Assembly: GCA_963842885.1 (NCBI GenBank)
Contig: CAWJIE010000004.1
Span: forward strand, 128,001 to 192,000
DNA from: an uncultured Nitrososphaerota archaeon
Lineage (GTDB): Archaea > Thermoproteota > Nitrososphaeria > Conexivisphaerales > DTJL01
Direction of reading: 5' to 3'
Length of the DNA: 64,000 nt
Notes under the pieces: model-generated
Databases searched by the model: none
What the model was told of the DNA's origin: nothing
What the model saw: only the letters and a program-made list of their open reading frames with translations
Position numbers and translations under genes: made by a program
Part shown: positions 1 through 8,937 of the stretch, in pieces
How the letters are laid out: the number at the start of each line of letters is the position of its first letter
Position numbering within the stretch: the first letter of the stretch is position 1

Positions 1-1369
1 GGACATCGCAGGAATGGTGGCCTCGGAGGGCGTGCTGACCAGCAGGGGAGGGAAGACGAGCCATGCCGCAGTCGTGTCCAGAGGCATGGGGAAGCCCTGT
101 ATAGCCGGCGCTGAAGAAGTTAAAATCGACTTGGAGAAGGGGGTTTTCACCGCCAGAGGCCAGCGTGTCAAGAAGGGGGACGTCATCACGATAGACGGAG
201 GGAGCGGCCTTGTGTTCCTAGGAAGGGTCCCGGTCGTCGAGCCGGAGCTGACCGCCTCCGTGCATAAGCTGCTTTCGTGGGCGGACTCCGTGAGGCGGCT
301 GAAGATAAGGGCCAACGCGGACACGCCCGCGATGGCTGTAGCCGCGAGAAAGAACGGGGCCCAGGGAATAGGGTTGACGAGGACGGAGAGGATGTTCAAC
401 GCCCCCGAAAGGCTGCCGCTGGTTCAGTCCATGATACTGGCCGACACCAAGGAGGAGAGGCAGGCATTCCTCGATAAGCTGAAGCCCCTCCAGAAGAGCG
501 ACTTCAAGGAGATACTGAAGGTGATGGAGGGGCTTCCGGTCACCATCAGGCTCATGGATCTCCCTCTGCACGAGTTCCTCCCCAAGTATGAAGAGCTCCT
601 CCCGGAGGTGCTCCAGATGCGGATGTCCAACCCGGGCTCGCCCGAGCTGCCCGCCAAGGAGAGGCTCCTGAAGAGGGTGACGCAGCTTCAGGAACACAAC
701 CCCATGCTGGGCCACAGGGGGGTCAGGGTGGCCATGTCCTATCCCGAGATCTATCAGATGCAGGCTAGGGCCATCTTCGAGGCAGAGGTCGAGCTGACAA
801 GGGAGAAGGTGGAGGTGGAGCCGGAGATAATGATACCACAGGTAGCAGAGGCCGAGGAGTTCCGCAGGGCCAAGGAGATTGTCGACGAGGCGGCCGCCGA
901 AGTAATGAAGAAGGAGGGAGTCGAGCTGAATTATCGCGTCGGGACCATGGTCGAGACGCCCAGGGCAGCTTTGACTGCGGGGATGATAGCCCAGTACGCT
1001 CAGTTCTTCTCCTTCGGTACGAACGACCTCACGCAGGCGACATTCGCCTTCAGCAGGGACGACGTGGAGGGAAAGTTCATGCCCCTTTACCTCGACAAGA
1101 AGATCCTTCCGTTCAATCCCTTCGAATCGCTGGACCCTGACGGCGTAGCCCGGCTCATGGGCATCGCGGTGAAGGATGGCAGGGAGGTGAACCCGAAGTT
1201 GACCGTGGGCATCTGCGGAGAGCACGGCGGGGACCCGAAGTCTATCGCCATCGCCGATTCCCTCGGCCTCGACTATGTCAGTTGCTCCCCGTACAGGGTC
1301 CCTGTGGCGAGGCTGGCGGCAGCCCAGGCGACGGTACAGGAGAAGGTGCAGACGAGGTCAACTGTCTAG
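1..1369 (+). CDS. ppdK: Pyruvate, phosphate dikinase, C-terminal part (begins before window)
   Basis: GGKTSHAAVV phospho-His motif, GIGLTRTE, E-HNPMLGHRG, FFSFGTNDLTQ, GICGEHGGDP; frame is open to the window edge. Confidence 0.97.
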   Translation, partial: DIAGMVASEGVLTSRGGKTSHAAVVSRGMGKPCIAGAEEVKIDLEKGVFTARGQRVKKGDVITIDGGSGLVFLGRVPVVEPELTASVHKLLSWADSVRRLKIRANADTPAMAVAARKNGAQGIGLTRTERMFNAPERLPLVQSMILADTKEERQAFLDKLKPLQKSDFKEILKVMEGLPVTIRLMDLPLHEFLPKYEELLPEVLQMRMSNPGSPELPAKERLLKRVTQLQEHNPMLGHRGVRVAMSYPEIYQMQARAIFEAEVELTREKVEVEPEIMIPQVAEAEEFRRAKEIVDEAAAEVMKKEGVELNYRVGTMVETPRAALTAGMIAQYAQFFSFGTNDLTQATFAFSRDDVEGKFMPLYLDKKILPFNPFESLDPDGVARLMGIAVKDGREVNPKLTVGICGEHGGDPKSIAIADSLGLDYVSCSPYRVPVARLAAAQATVQEKVQTRSTV

Positions 1370-1424
1370 AGGGCCGGGCGCCTGCCAACATTTAATAAAC
1401 AAGCTACAACGACTCGTCCGATGC

Positions 1425-1540
1425 GGGCCCGTAGCGCAGTCCTGCCTGCGAAGGCGGGGCGAAATATGGATAGCGCGACTGCCTCCTATCCCGTCGGGGA
1501 CGAAAGCAGTAGGCCGTGAGTCCGAATCTCACCGGGCCCG
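1425..1540 (+). tRNA. tRNA-Arg(CCT) with two introns (D-loop 15/16 at ~1440-1464; canonical 37/38 at ~1489-1504)
   Basis: Acceptor GGGCCCG/CGGGCCC, D-stem GCGC/GCGC, anticodon stem ACTGC/GCAGT with CT-CCT-A, T-arm GTGAG-TCCGAAT-CTCAC; TATA-like TTTAATAAA at 1391-1399. Confidence 0.92.
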
Positions 1541-1663
1541 CTCCATCAACCAGCGCAGGCTGCCCCCTTGTCTTGCTGTCGACATCTCGGATGTCCGGTG
1601 ATCGGCCCGAAGAAGCTATTTTAATGCGTCCACGATAGGGACATCGTCGGAAGTCAGTCACCC

Positions 1664-2809
1664 TTGAGCAAAGTCGACTACATCAACCGCATCTTCGAGA
1701 ACCTGAGCATGGTGGACGCTGCCCAGGTCGAGCCGTTCTACCATGACCTGACGAACGCAGGCGTGATCATACCCAGCGGCGAGGGGAGGTCCAAGGGAGC
1801 GATAAGCATAGCCTGCAGCGAGCTGGCCAAGATGAGCTACGGGAAGAGGGTCCTCGACAGGGGAGACATCGGCTTCCCGGCCACCGACATGGCTTTGGCG
1901 GCACCCATACTCAGGCGGAAGTACGGTCAGGTCTGCCTGCTCATCAACTCCAGCAGCGGGAAGTCGCTGACGCCGCTTCTTGACGCGCAGAAGCTCGGCA
2001 TCTACCTGGAGAACACCGGGCAATCCCGGGACTTCAGGATAGACCTGATCACATCGGACGCCGAGTCACCGATGGGGAAGCTCTCGGCGAAGTATGGTAA
2101 CATGATCGTCCTCAAGAGCAGAGAGGAGGCCGAGACCCTCGTTGAATCGAAGGAGTTCAAGAGCTACGGCATACTTGAGGACATGTTCTCACTTGCTAGC
2201 GGGCTCCTGGCCCACAGCATGGTGGAGGCCATATGGCAGGAGGCTCCCGCCATCAAGATCCTTTCGATTGTGAAGGACATGTCCGCGGACATATCGAACA
2301 TGATGGACGACTTTGTGGGTTCGGAATACTTTGAATCCCTGATCAATTCTCTGGAACAGAGGAACACGTGCTTCTTCGCCGGCCTGGGGAGCAGCAAGGA
2401 GGTCGTGAGGATGGCGGCCGTCAGAGTGGGCCACGTTAAACGGGCGCTCGGGGACCTGGTCTACGTCTCAGGGGACTCTAACATCCCGCCGCCGAGGGCA
2501 GGAGACACGATAATAGTCGTCTCGATGAGCGGCGAGACGGAGATCGTCGCCGGCTGGTGCAGGAACTTCAAGAAGATGGGCGGGCAGATCGCCTCCATCG
2601 TCGGCACGCCCGACAGCACCATCGGCTCGCTCTCGGACCACTCCTACATCCTCAAGGGAGACTGGAAGCCTGGCACGCCCAGCAGCTTCTACATGAAGTC
2701 GGCCTTCCTCCTCAGCCCTCTCCCCATCTTCCTAGTGGAGCGCGTCGAGCAGAGGGGCCTCAAGCTGCCCGAGAACATCCTCCGGTGGCACAGGTCAGTT
2801 ATTTCGTAA
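1664..2809 (+). CDS. Tandem SIS-domain protein, 6-phospho-3-hexuloisomerase (HxlB/PHI)-like duplication
   Basis: Two PHI-like repeats: GEGRSKG...NSSSGKS and GLGSSKEVVRMAAVR...VSMSGET. Confidence 0.75.
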   Translation: MSKVDYINRIFENLSMVDAAQVEPFYHDLTNAGVIIPSGEGRSKGAISIACSELAKMSYGKRVLDRGDIGFPATDMALAAPILRRKYGQVCLLINSSSGKSLTPLLDAQKLGIYLENTGQSRDFRIDLITSDAESPMGKLSAKYGNMIVLKSREEAETLVESKEFKSYGILEDMFSLASGLLAHSMVEAIWQEAPAIKILSIVKDMSADISNMMDDFVGSEYFESLINSLEQRNTCFFAGLGSSKEVVRMAAVRVGHVKRALGDLVYVSGDSNIPPPRAGDTIIVVSMSGETEIVAGWCRNFKKMGGQIASIVGTPDSTIGSLSDHSYILKGDWKPGTPSSFYMKSAFLLSPLPIFLVERVEQRGLKLPENILRWHRSVIS

Positions 2810-2810
2810 C

Positions 2811-3864
2811 CTAGTCGAGGGAAGTCCGCAGGGGGAGAGTCATCTTCTCCACGTCGGTGAGGCCCTCGTAGTACTCCTTCATCCACGGGAGTATGTCCCT
2901 GCCGACGAGGTGGAGGAACCTGTGCTCGTTGGGGCTGGCGCTGTGGATGTACACGCGGTTGAATCCCATCTTTAGGAACTCGCCCAGCCTCTTGATTATG
3001 TCATCGGAATCGTCGGTGATGAGCCAGGTCTTCTTTATCCCCTCAAGCTCGGCGGGCCCCACGTTGGCCTCGAGCTCCCTTGGATCGGATATGCTCTCGC
3101 GGATCTCCTTCGGGATGGTCGGTGGGGGCCCAGTAGGAGGCGGACTTGAACGCCCTTTCATAGTCGATGTCGTAGGACACCTTGAACTCCAGACAGGTGC
3201 CCAGTTTCGATGGGTCCTTGCCAGCAGCGACGGCGGCGTCCTGCATGGCCTTCAGGATCGCGATGTGGTTCTCCAGTCCCCTGGGATTGGTGAGTATCCC
3301 GTCGCCCAGCCTGCCTGCCAGGGCGGCGACCCTCGCGTTGGCCGTGGCGATGTAGATGGGTATCTTCTTCTTCGGGGGCGTGTAGAGCTTGGCGTTGACG
3401 AGCTTGAAGTGCTTGCCGTCGTAGTTGACGAAGTCGCCCTTCCAGAGGAGTTGGATGATCTCGACTGCCTCCTCCAACCTGGCGATCCTTTCACTGGCCT
3501 TGGGCCAATCGAAGCCCAGCGGTACCTCGTTCATCTTGTGACCGGTGCCCAACGTAATGAATATCCTGCCGGGGAAGAGGCAGTCGAGGGTGGCGAACGC
3601 CTGGGCCACGATGGCCGGGTGATAGCGGCCGGTGGGAGTGGTGACGGCCGTCCCCACTTCCGTGCTGCGCGTCTGGCTCGCCGCAGCCGCCAGCCACACC
3701 CATGGGAAGACGGCCTGACCGTCCTTGTCGCGCCAGGGGGAGAAGTGGTCGCTGACGGCAATCATGTCAAAGCCCACGACTTCCGCCTCCTTCGCGTATT
3801 GGATTAGAAGCTCGGGGTTGTGCTGCTCAGCCGCTGCCCAGTATCCCACCCTTAGCTTGGGCAC
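2811..3864 (-). CDS. LLM-class F420-dependent oxidoreductase (F420 glucose-6-phosphate dehydrogenase-like); one frameshift ~3120
   Basis: GYWAAAEQ, VSDHFSPW, RYHPAIVAQAFATL, LGTG..MNE; C-terminus continues in ORF 2811..3161; GTG at 3864 follows a TATA-like element at ~3890-3902. Confidence 0.85.
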
Positions 3865-4086
3865 GAGTTTTGGAGGTGTGATGGTGGGTAGATATGCTTT
3901 TGGCCACGCCATCGCGGCAGGCGTCTCGAAGTTCTCCCCCACCCACGGGGAAGCCTAGTGTCTCTCCGAAGTAAACGCGACTCCATCCAACCGCCTCCGT
4001 CGGCGACGTAGAAGTGTCATCTACGTGGCGGGAGGCAAAGCATATCCAGCGGCATCGCTGGGGGCTGTTCGGAAGAGGCGGGAGGT

Positions 4087-4127
4087 TGATGGTATTGAAT
4101 TCTTTTCCAGCAGCAATAGATATCCAA
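4087..4127 (+). repeat. Left direct repeat (att-like) TGATGGTATTGAATTCTTTTCCAGCAGCAATAGATATCCAA
   Basis: 39/41 identical to 9455-9495. Confidence 0.93.
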
Positions 4128-4204
4128 GATTATGTGTCCAAGCCTGAAATAATATCCTGAAAGAACAGTCGGCGCCGTCTTGGTGCTCGAGCTAGCTAGC
4201 CGTC

Positions 4205-5662
4205 TTAGAGTTTGAGGCCTTTGGCTACGGATTTACCCAACTTCGAATCAGCTTTAGTCAGATTCGCAACCACTCGCAGTCGAATCTGTTTGTCTATGGG
4301 TGTAAGGTCTGCAACGAGGTTGTCTATCACATGTTCTTGGTCCATCTTGTCTAAGGAACGATACTTCTCTCCGGCTTGTTGGAAGTCGTTTGTTCTGCTG
4401 ATCTTCTTCTTGGTAACATCTCCATCAACGCGAAATGTGGACGCTGTTCCTGACGGAGCCTCCACGGGTGAGCCTCCGGCAATGGTTGCTGGTTCATAAT
4501 TCACAGGACCACTGTATTCTCCCATTTGCATTGACCCATCGCGCTGGCTGTTGTTGACCTCCGCCACGGGACGGTTTACTGGAATCTGTAGATAGTTTGG
4601 TCCTAATCTATGGCGCTGGGTGTCCGCGTATGAGAATGTTCTGCCCTGGAGCAACTTATCGGCGGAGAATTCTATGCCTGGAACGATGCTTGCTGGACAG
4701 AAGGCTGCTTGCTCGGTTTCAGCGAAGAAGTTCTTGGGATTGCGATTCAATACCATCTTCCCGACTGGCATCAGCGGGAACTTGTCTTCAGGCCAAGTCT
4801 TCGTTGGATCAAGCGGGTCAAAGTCTTGTTTTAGTTCATCCTCAATCTTCATCAGCTGCACAAAGAGCCCATACTCGACCTCTTCACCCTTGGCTATCGC
4901 GTTCCAGAGATCGCGGGTGAGATAGTCTGGGTCGGTGCCAGCCAGCCGGGTTGCTTCATGACGGTCAAGATTGTGAACTCCCAATCTTGGCTTCCAGTGG
5001 TATTTCACGTACTGACGTTTTCCAGCCGAGTTCACCCAGACATACGTGTTGACTCCAAAGCCCTCAGTCATCCTATAGCTCTTCGGCGTCCCGCGGTCTG
5101 AGAAGAGCCACATGATCATGTGCGTTGATTCAGGGGTCAAGGATATGAAATCCCAGAAGCTGTTGTGTGATGAAGAAGCCGCAGGTATGTTGTTGTCAGG
5201 TGCGCCCTTGAATGCATGAACCATGTCCGGGAACTTGATAGCGTCTCGGATGAAGAATACGGGAAGGTCGTTTCCAACCAGGTCGTAGTTGCCTTCTTCG
5301 GTGTAGAACTTTACGGCAAATCCGCGTGGGTCCCGCACTGTGTCAGCAGACCCCCTTCCACCAGTTACAGTCGAGAACCTTACGAATACAGGAGTTTCCT
5401 TATCTGGGTCCTGAAGGAATTTCGCCTTTGTGTAGGGCGCCATGCTCTTGTAAACTCGGAAGTAACCGTGGGCTGCTGCCCCCTTTGCGTGGACAACTCT
5501 TTCTGGGATACGCTCTCTGTCGAAGTGTGCCATCTTCTCAATGAACTGGACATCTTGAAGCAAAACCGGACCTCGTTCGCCAACGGTCAATGAGTTCTGA
5601 TTGTCAGCTATTGGCACGCCTTGATTTGTTGTCAGATGTTTCTTTTCTTTCATTCTAGGCAT
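4205..5662 (-). CDS. katA: Monofunctional heme catalase
   Basis: FDRERIPERVVHAKG active-site motif, RDPRGFAVKFYTEEGN, proximal ligand motif LLQGRTFSYADTQ. Confidence 0.98.
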   Translation of the reverse strand: MPRMKEKKHLTTNQGVPIADNQNSLTVGERGPVLLQDVQFIEKMAHFDRERIPERVVHAKGAAAHGYFRVYKSMAPYTKAKFLQDPDKETPVFVRFSTVTGGRGSADTVRDPRGFAVKFYTEEGNYDLVGNDLPVFFIRDAIKFPDMVHAFKGAPDNNIPAASSSHNSFWDFISLTPESTHMIMWLFSDRGTPKSYRMTEGFGVNTYVWVNSAGKRQYVKYHWKPRLGVHNLDRHEATRLAGTDPDYLTRDLWNAIAKGEEVEYGLFVQLMKIEDELKQDFDPLDPTKTWPEDKFPLMPVGKMVLNRNPKNFFAETEQAAFCPASIVPGIEFSADKLLQGRTFSYADTQRHRLGPNYLQIPVNRPVAEVNNSQRDGSMQMGEYSGPVNYEPATIAGGSPVEAPSGTASTFRVDGDVTKKKISRTNDFQQAGEKYRSLDKMDQEHVIDNLVADLTPIDKQIRLRVVANLTKADSKLGKSVAKGLKL

Positions 5663-5766
5663 TTCGATTCAATAGCAGATGTCCGAATCCCCTATAAATT
5701 TCTATCGTCATCGCGTAGCTAGCTAGGCCGGCCAAGTGGGCATCGTACGATTGCCATAAGTGTTGG

Positions 5767-6240
5767 GTGGCTCCTGGATCAACTCCCTGGATTCCGTTAC
5801 CGGATTCCCCCAGGGTTTTACAGGCTTTTTCGGCCATTAAGCACTTCGAGGAATTCCTTGTTTCCGAAGTCAAAACGGGAGAGGTGTCGCTCTGCGATCC
5901 CTACGTGTCCCCTTCTACACTATATCCCTTCTCCGCGTTGAAGGGTGACCTTAAGATTCTTCGTATCCTTACTTCCAACATCTACGATTCTGACAAGTTC
6001 GTTGACTACCGCAGGAAGTTCGAGAAGGAGATGAAACTGGTCGTCGAAGTCAGGAAGAGTAGGCAGATTCATGACAGATATCTCCTTGCTCAGGGCCGGT
6101 GCTGGTCAATTGGGTCAAGCATCAAGGACCTGGGTAACAAGGATACGATAGTCAAGGAGATTACAGAAGTCGCTGAATCCCTGACAGACCTGTTCGCAAA
6201 GAGGTGGGCTGAAGCAGAGGCGGAGGGAGTATCGGTATGA
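5767..6240 (+). CDS. PLD-like (HDR-variant) putative nuclease domain protein, possibly N-terminally truncated
   Basis: LCDPYV motif and IHDRYLL...SIGSSIKDLGNK motif typical of PLD-fold HDR domains. Confidence 0.65.
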   Translation: MAPGSTPWIPLPDSPRVLQAFSAIKHFEEFLVSEVKTGEVSLCDPYVSPSTLYPFSALKGDLKILRILTSNIYDSDKFVDYRRKFEKEMKLVVEVRKSRQIHDRYLLAQGRCWSIGSSIKDLGNKDTIVKEITEVAESLTDLFAKRWAEAEAEGVSV

Positions 6241-6839
6241 CCGATCAGGACAAAGGCCTCCCACCTAGGGTTGAGATTGCATTGGAGGCCGACTATGGTA
6301 CCTTTAGGGCGAGCGTCTCAGGGTTTCTCGACCGTGACGGTGATGCCAAATCCCTGGTCGCGGCATTGGCAAGGGCATTGGCAGAAGTCAACGAGTCCAG
6401 GAAGGACATCGACGAGGCTCTCAAAGGGGTGCACCGTGCCAAAGCCCAAGCACCGGAGCCACGACAGGCTCAACCATCTCAGTCGGGACCACCAAAGGAG
6501 TCAGCGTTGCCTGCGAGAGGCAAGGCCGGAATCCTCGAGTTCTCAGAAAACGACGTTAGATACCCACCGTCAGCTTTCAAGATACTGGGGTTCCCAGAAG
6601 CAATCGCCCTACTGATGTACGAGATAGACTTACCCTTGATGCCGGCCCGGATATCCTTCCTGATAAACAGAGGCTTCAAACACATTGACCCTAAGAACAT
6701 AAGTTCGTGTCTGACGAACAAGACCAGATACAAATTGCCCAACTATGTGATAAGAGAGAGCGCGGGTTGGAGGCTCACCGGGTCAGGTAGAGTTTGGGTG
6801 GAGAATGAAATCATCCCCAGTCTGAAGGCTGGACCTTAG
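6237..6839 (+). CDS. Hypothetical protein with C-terminal winged helix-turn-helix
   Basis: ATGA overlap with upstream gene; C-terminal NISSCL...GWRLTGSGRVWVE wing pattern. Confidence 0.6.
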   Translation: MTDQDKGLPPRVEIALEADYGTFRASVSGFLDRDGDAKSLVAALARALAEVNESRKDIDEALKGVHRAKAQAPEPRQAQPSQSGPPKESALPARGKAGILEFSENDVRYPPSAFKILGFPEAIALLMYEIDLPLMPARISFLINRGFKHIDPKNISSCLTNKTRYKLPNYVIRESAGWRLTGSGRVWVENEIIPSLKAGP

Positions 6840-6860
6840 TCGCGACTGGCCGCGCAGAGG

Positions 6861-7218
6861 ATGGAGAGGAAAGCGTTGGGCTATTCTTCAGCTGTGGACG
6901 TGGTACTGGAGGTTATCGTCTCAGGGGTGACTGGGCTTGTCTCAGGTGTAATGATAAACGCAATGGCTGTGGCCTTGTCCAACGTGGAGCCGAGCTACTC
7001 TTGGCTAGTGGGCTTGGTCCTGCCTAGTGATTATCCCCATAATAGGCGCGTTCTCTGACACAGAACAGATGATTGTGAGAGGAGCATTTTACTGCCTGGC
7101 GGTGATGATGACATCGCTGTTCATCTTCAACGATGTGGCTGAAGCAGGCTTGGCTGTTGTGGCTTTGGTTCTCACACTGATTCTGTCATACTACAAGAAC
7201 AATGACAGCGGATGGTAG
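6861..7218 (+). CDS. Small multi-pass membrane protein, probably one gene with a frameshift ~7025
   Basis: Two overlapping hydrophobic ORFs (6861..7058, 7027..7218) that join into ~4 TM segments. Confidence 0.5.
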
Positions 7219-7319
7219 TCCGGCTTGCGTAGATGACATCGCGGCTCTTCCCACCAGCGGATGAACCCATCTGGAAAGCACTCATCAATCCCCACCCATT
7301 GTGAGCTATTGGTCGAGAG

Positions 7320-7733
7320 ATGTCAATCTGGGGAGGGACGCCTCGGCGCAGAAGAACCAAGAGGAATAGAGGGAAGACCGCCTACAGGAAGGGGAAGATT
7401 GGAGAAACCAAAGTGAGGAAGCTCCTCGGGCGGCGAGGCATTAAACCCGTAACGAACCGGCTGCGGACGGCGAGCGGCGAGCATGACATAATTGTGCAGA
7501 CGAGAACAGGGAAGGCCTCCGTTGAGGTCAAGAATCTCAAGAGCCCTGTCTCCGCTGCAATGGTGGAGAAATTCGCAAAGAAGGTCAGCAAAGACAAGAA
7601 CATCGTAAAGAGGGGCATCTTCGTCTCAAAAAGCGGCTACACATCAGCAGCACGTAAAGCAGCAAGAGAACGGCACGTCAAACTGATGGACTACAAGCCT
7701 CCAAGAAGGAAAAAGTCCGGCTGGCTCTTCTGA
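7320..7733 (+). CDS. Mrr-like PD-(D/E)XK restriction endonuclease, very basic
   Basis: G..GE, EHDII, VEVK catalytic motifs; GIFVSKSGYT..A...A pattern of Mrr catalytic domains. Confidence 0.85.
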   Translation: MSIWGGTPRRRRTKRNRGKTAYRKGKIGETKVRKLLGRRGIKPVTNRLRTASGEHDIIVQTRTGKASVEVKNLKSPVSAAMVEKFAKKVSKDKNIVKRGIFVSKSGYTSAARKAARERHVKLMDYKPPRRKKSGWLF

Positions 7734-7798
7734 CCACTGAATTCGGATCCTCACCACTTGCAAAAGTTATTAATTGAGGGAGTAATGGAATGCAATGG

Positions 7799-7882
7799 AT
7801 GAAGTTAGTCAAATTTCGAACCAAGAAGGGCAAGAAAGTGTCTTTCCTCGGCCAGAGAACACAAAAAGAAAAAGGAGGATAG
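7799..7882 (+). CDS. Tiny Lys-rich peptide MKLVKFRTKKGKKVSFLGQRTQKEKGG (27 aa; removing one G would give ...FLAREHKKKKEDR ending at 7886)
   Basis: BRE/TATA AAAAGTTATTAAT at 7762-7774 about 25 nt upstream; shares a motif with the next ORF; below the ORF-track cutoff. Confidence 0.55.
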   Translation: MKLVKFRTKKGKKVSFLGQRTQKEKGG

Positions 7883-7886
7883 GTAG

Positions 7887-8024
7887 ATGCGCCAAGCCAG
7901 TTTCCTCGCGAAGTCGAAGGTGACGAAGAAAGTATCGTTTGAAACTAAGGAAGGAAAAGTGTCTTTAAAGGCCAAGGTACCTTCCAAACGAAGGAAGAAA
8001 GTAACATTCTATCACTCCAACTGA
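7887..8024 (+). CDS. Small Lys-rich repeat peptide MRQASFLAKSKVTKKVSFETKEGKVSLKAKVPSKRRKKVTFYHSN (45 aa)
   Basis: SD AGGAGG at 7873-7878; four (K)V/A-S/T-F/L repeats. Confidence 0.65.
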   Translation: MRQASFLAKSKVTKKVSFETKEGKVSLKAKVPSKRRKKVTFYHSN

Positions 8025-8074
8025 GAAGGGCAAAGATAATATCCACCGGTTCGTACTTACCAAGCGAGGAATAT

Positions 8075-8224
8075 ATGCCTAAGAAGATGAAGAACCCGAT
8101 TGATAGAATGGCTAAGGACGCAAAGGCTATGGGGAAATCAATCGAGAAGACGATGACCAAGGATGGAAAAGCTATGGAGAAGTCATTCGACAAGATGTTC
8201 GGTACTAAGAAGCACCGGAAATAG
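8075..8224 (+). CDS. Small Met/Lys-rich helical repeat peptide (49 aa)
   Basis: SD GAGGA at 8066-8070; internal 15-aa repeat MAKDAKAMGKSIEKT / MTKDGKAMEKSFDKM. Confidence 0.6.
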   Translation: MPKKMKNPIDRMAKDAKAMGKSIEKTMTKDGKAMEKSFDKMFGTKKHRK

Positions 8225-8253
8225 ACTCGCTGCAAAATGAAAGCATAATCTCT

Positions 8254-8281
8254 GTTTGTCCAACCTACAGGCGGGGCAAAC
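8254..8281 (+). repeat. Imperfect palindromic 11-6-11 site A: GTTTGTCCAAC-CTACAG-GCGGGGCAAAC
   Basis: 8251-8281 matches 9314-9344 at 24/31 with an identical CTACAG spacer. Confidence 0.6.
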
Positions 8282-8496
8282 CCAGAGACTGAGTCAGTCC
8301 CATTTTCGCAGGTCCAAGCCTACGTCCTTAGCTCGACCCCGATCTTGACGCTGTAGCTAAAGTTTCTCCGTCGACAGCTCAAATTCATCCTAACTCACTA
8401 CAAGCATGATTAGGACGAACAGATTGAGAATAATTCCGGCGATGATTTCGCCAAGAGTACCGCTTATAACCAAGCTACCACGATTACACCTTCATC

Positions 8497-8766
8497 TTGC
8501 CAATCCTGAAACTGCTCGACGGGACGGAAAGGAACGTCGATATCATCATTACGCTCACAGAAACGCCTACGCGAGGAGGCAAAGTCAAGCACATGAGGAT
8601 TGACCTCGAAAAATCAGAAGATTGGCTCCAAGTCGGCGCCTCAATGGTCGAGTATTCCAAGGACGGGTACATCTTCTACGTACCGATACGCCTTGTCAGC
8701 TTCATAGGAACTCGGGCGCTTGAAGTGGACGAATTTGCCCGCGACGTGCAAAGGGAATTGCGTTAA
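8497..8766 (+). CDS. Hypothetical protein (89 aa)
   Basis: ORF with TATA-like CTTATAA about 30 nt upstream; no recognised motif. Confidence 0.5.
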   Translation: MPILKLLDGTERNVDIIITLTETPTRGGKVKHMRIDLEKSEDWLQVGASMVEYSKDGYIFYVPIRLVSFIGTRALEVDEFARDVQRELR

Positions 8767-8937
8767 GTTCTTCGAATCAGGGGCAACACCACGACTTAGG
8801 CACAAACCCCGATTACCCAAGCGGATTGAACTACCTTATGTTACGCTCCTATCCCGGTTGGAACCTAGAGGGTAGGTCAACTGAAAGGGATGATCTAACC
8901 ATCAAGTATAGCAAACGACACCGAAAAGTATTAGATT

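Noticed and set aside
7799-8024. Naming the Lys-rich peptides Sul7d or Cren7
   Set aside because: Only compositional similarity; too short and lacking the conserved residues
7945-8235. Minus-strand hydrophobic 96-aa ORF
   Set aside because: Antisense shadow of the Lys-rich plus-strand peptides, which carry the SD and promoter signals
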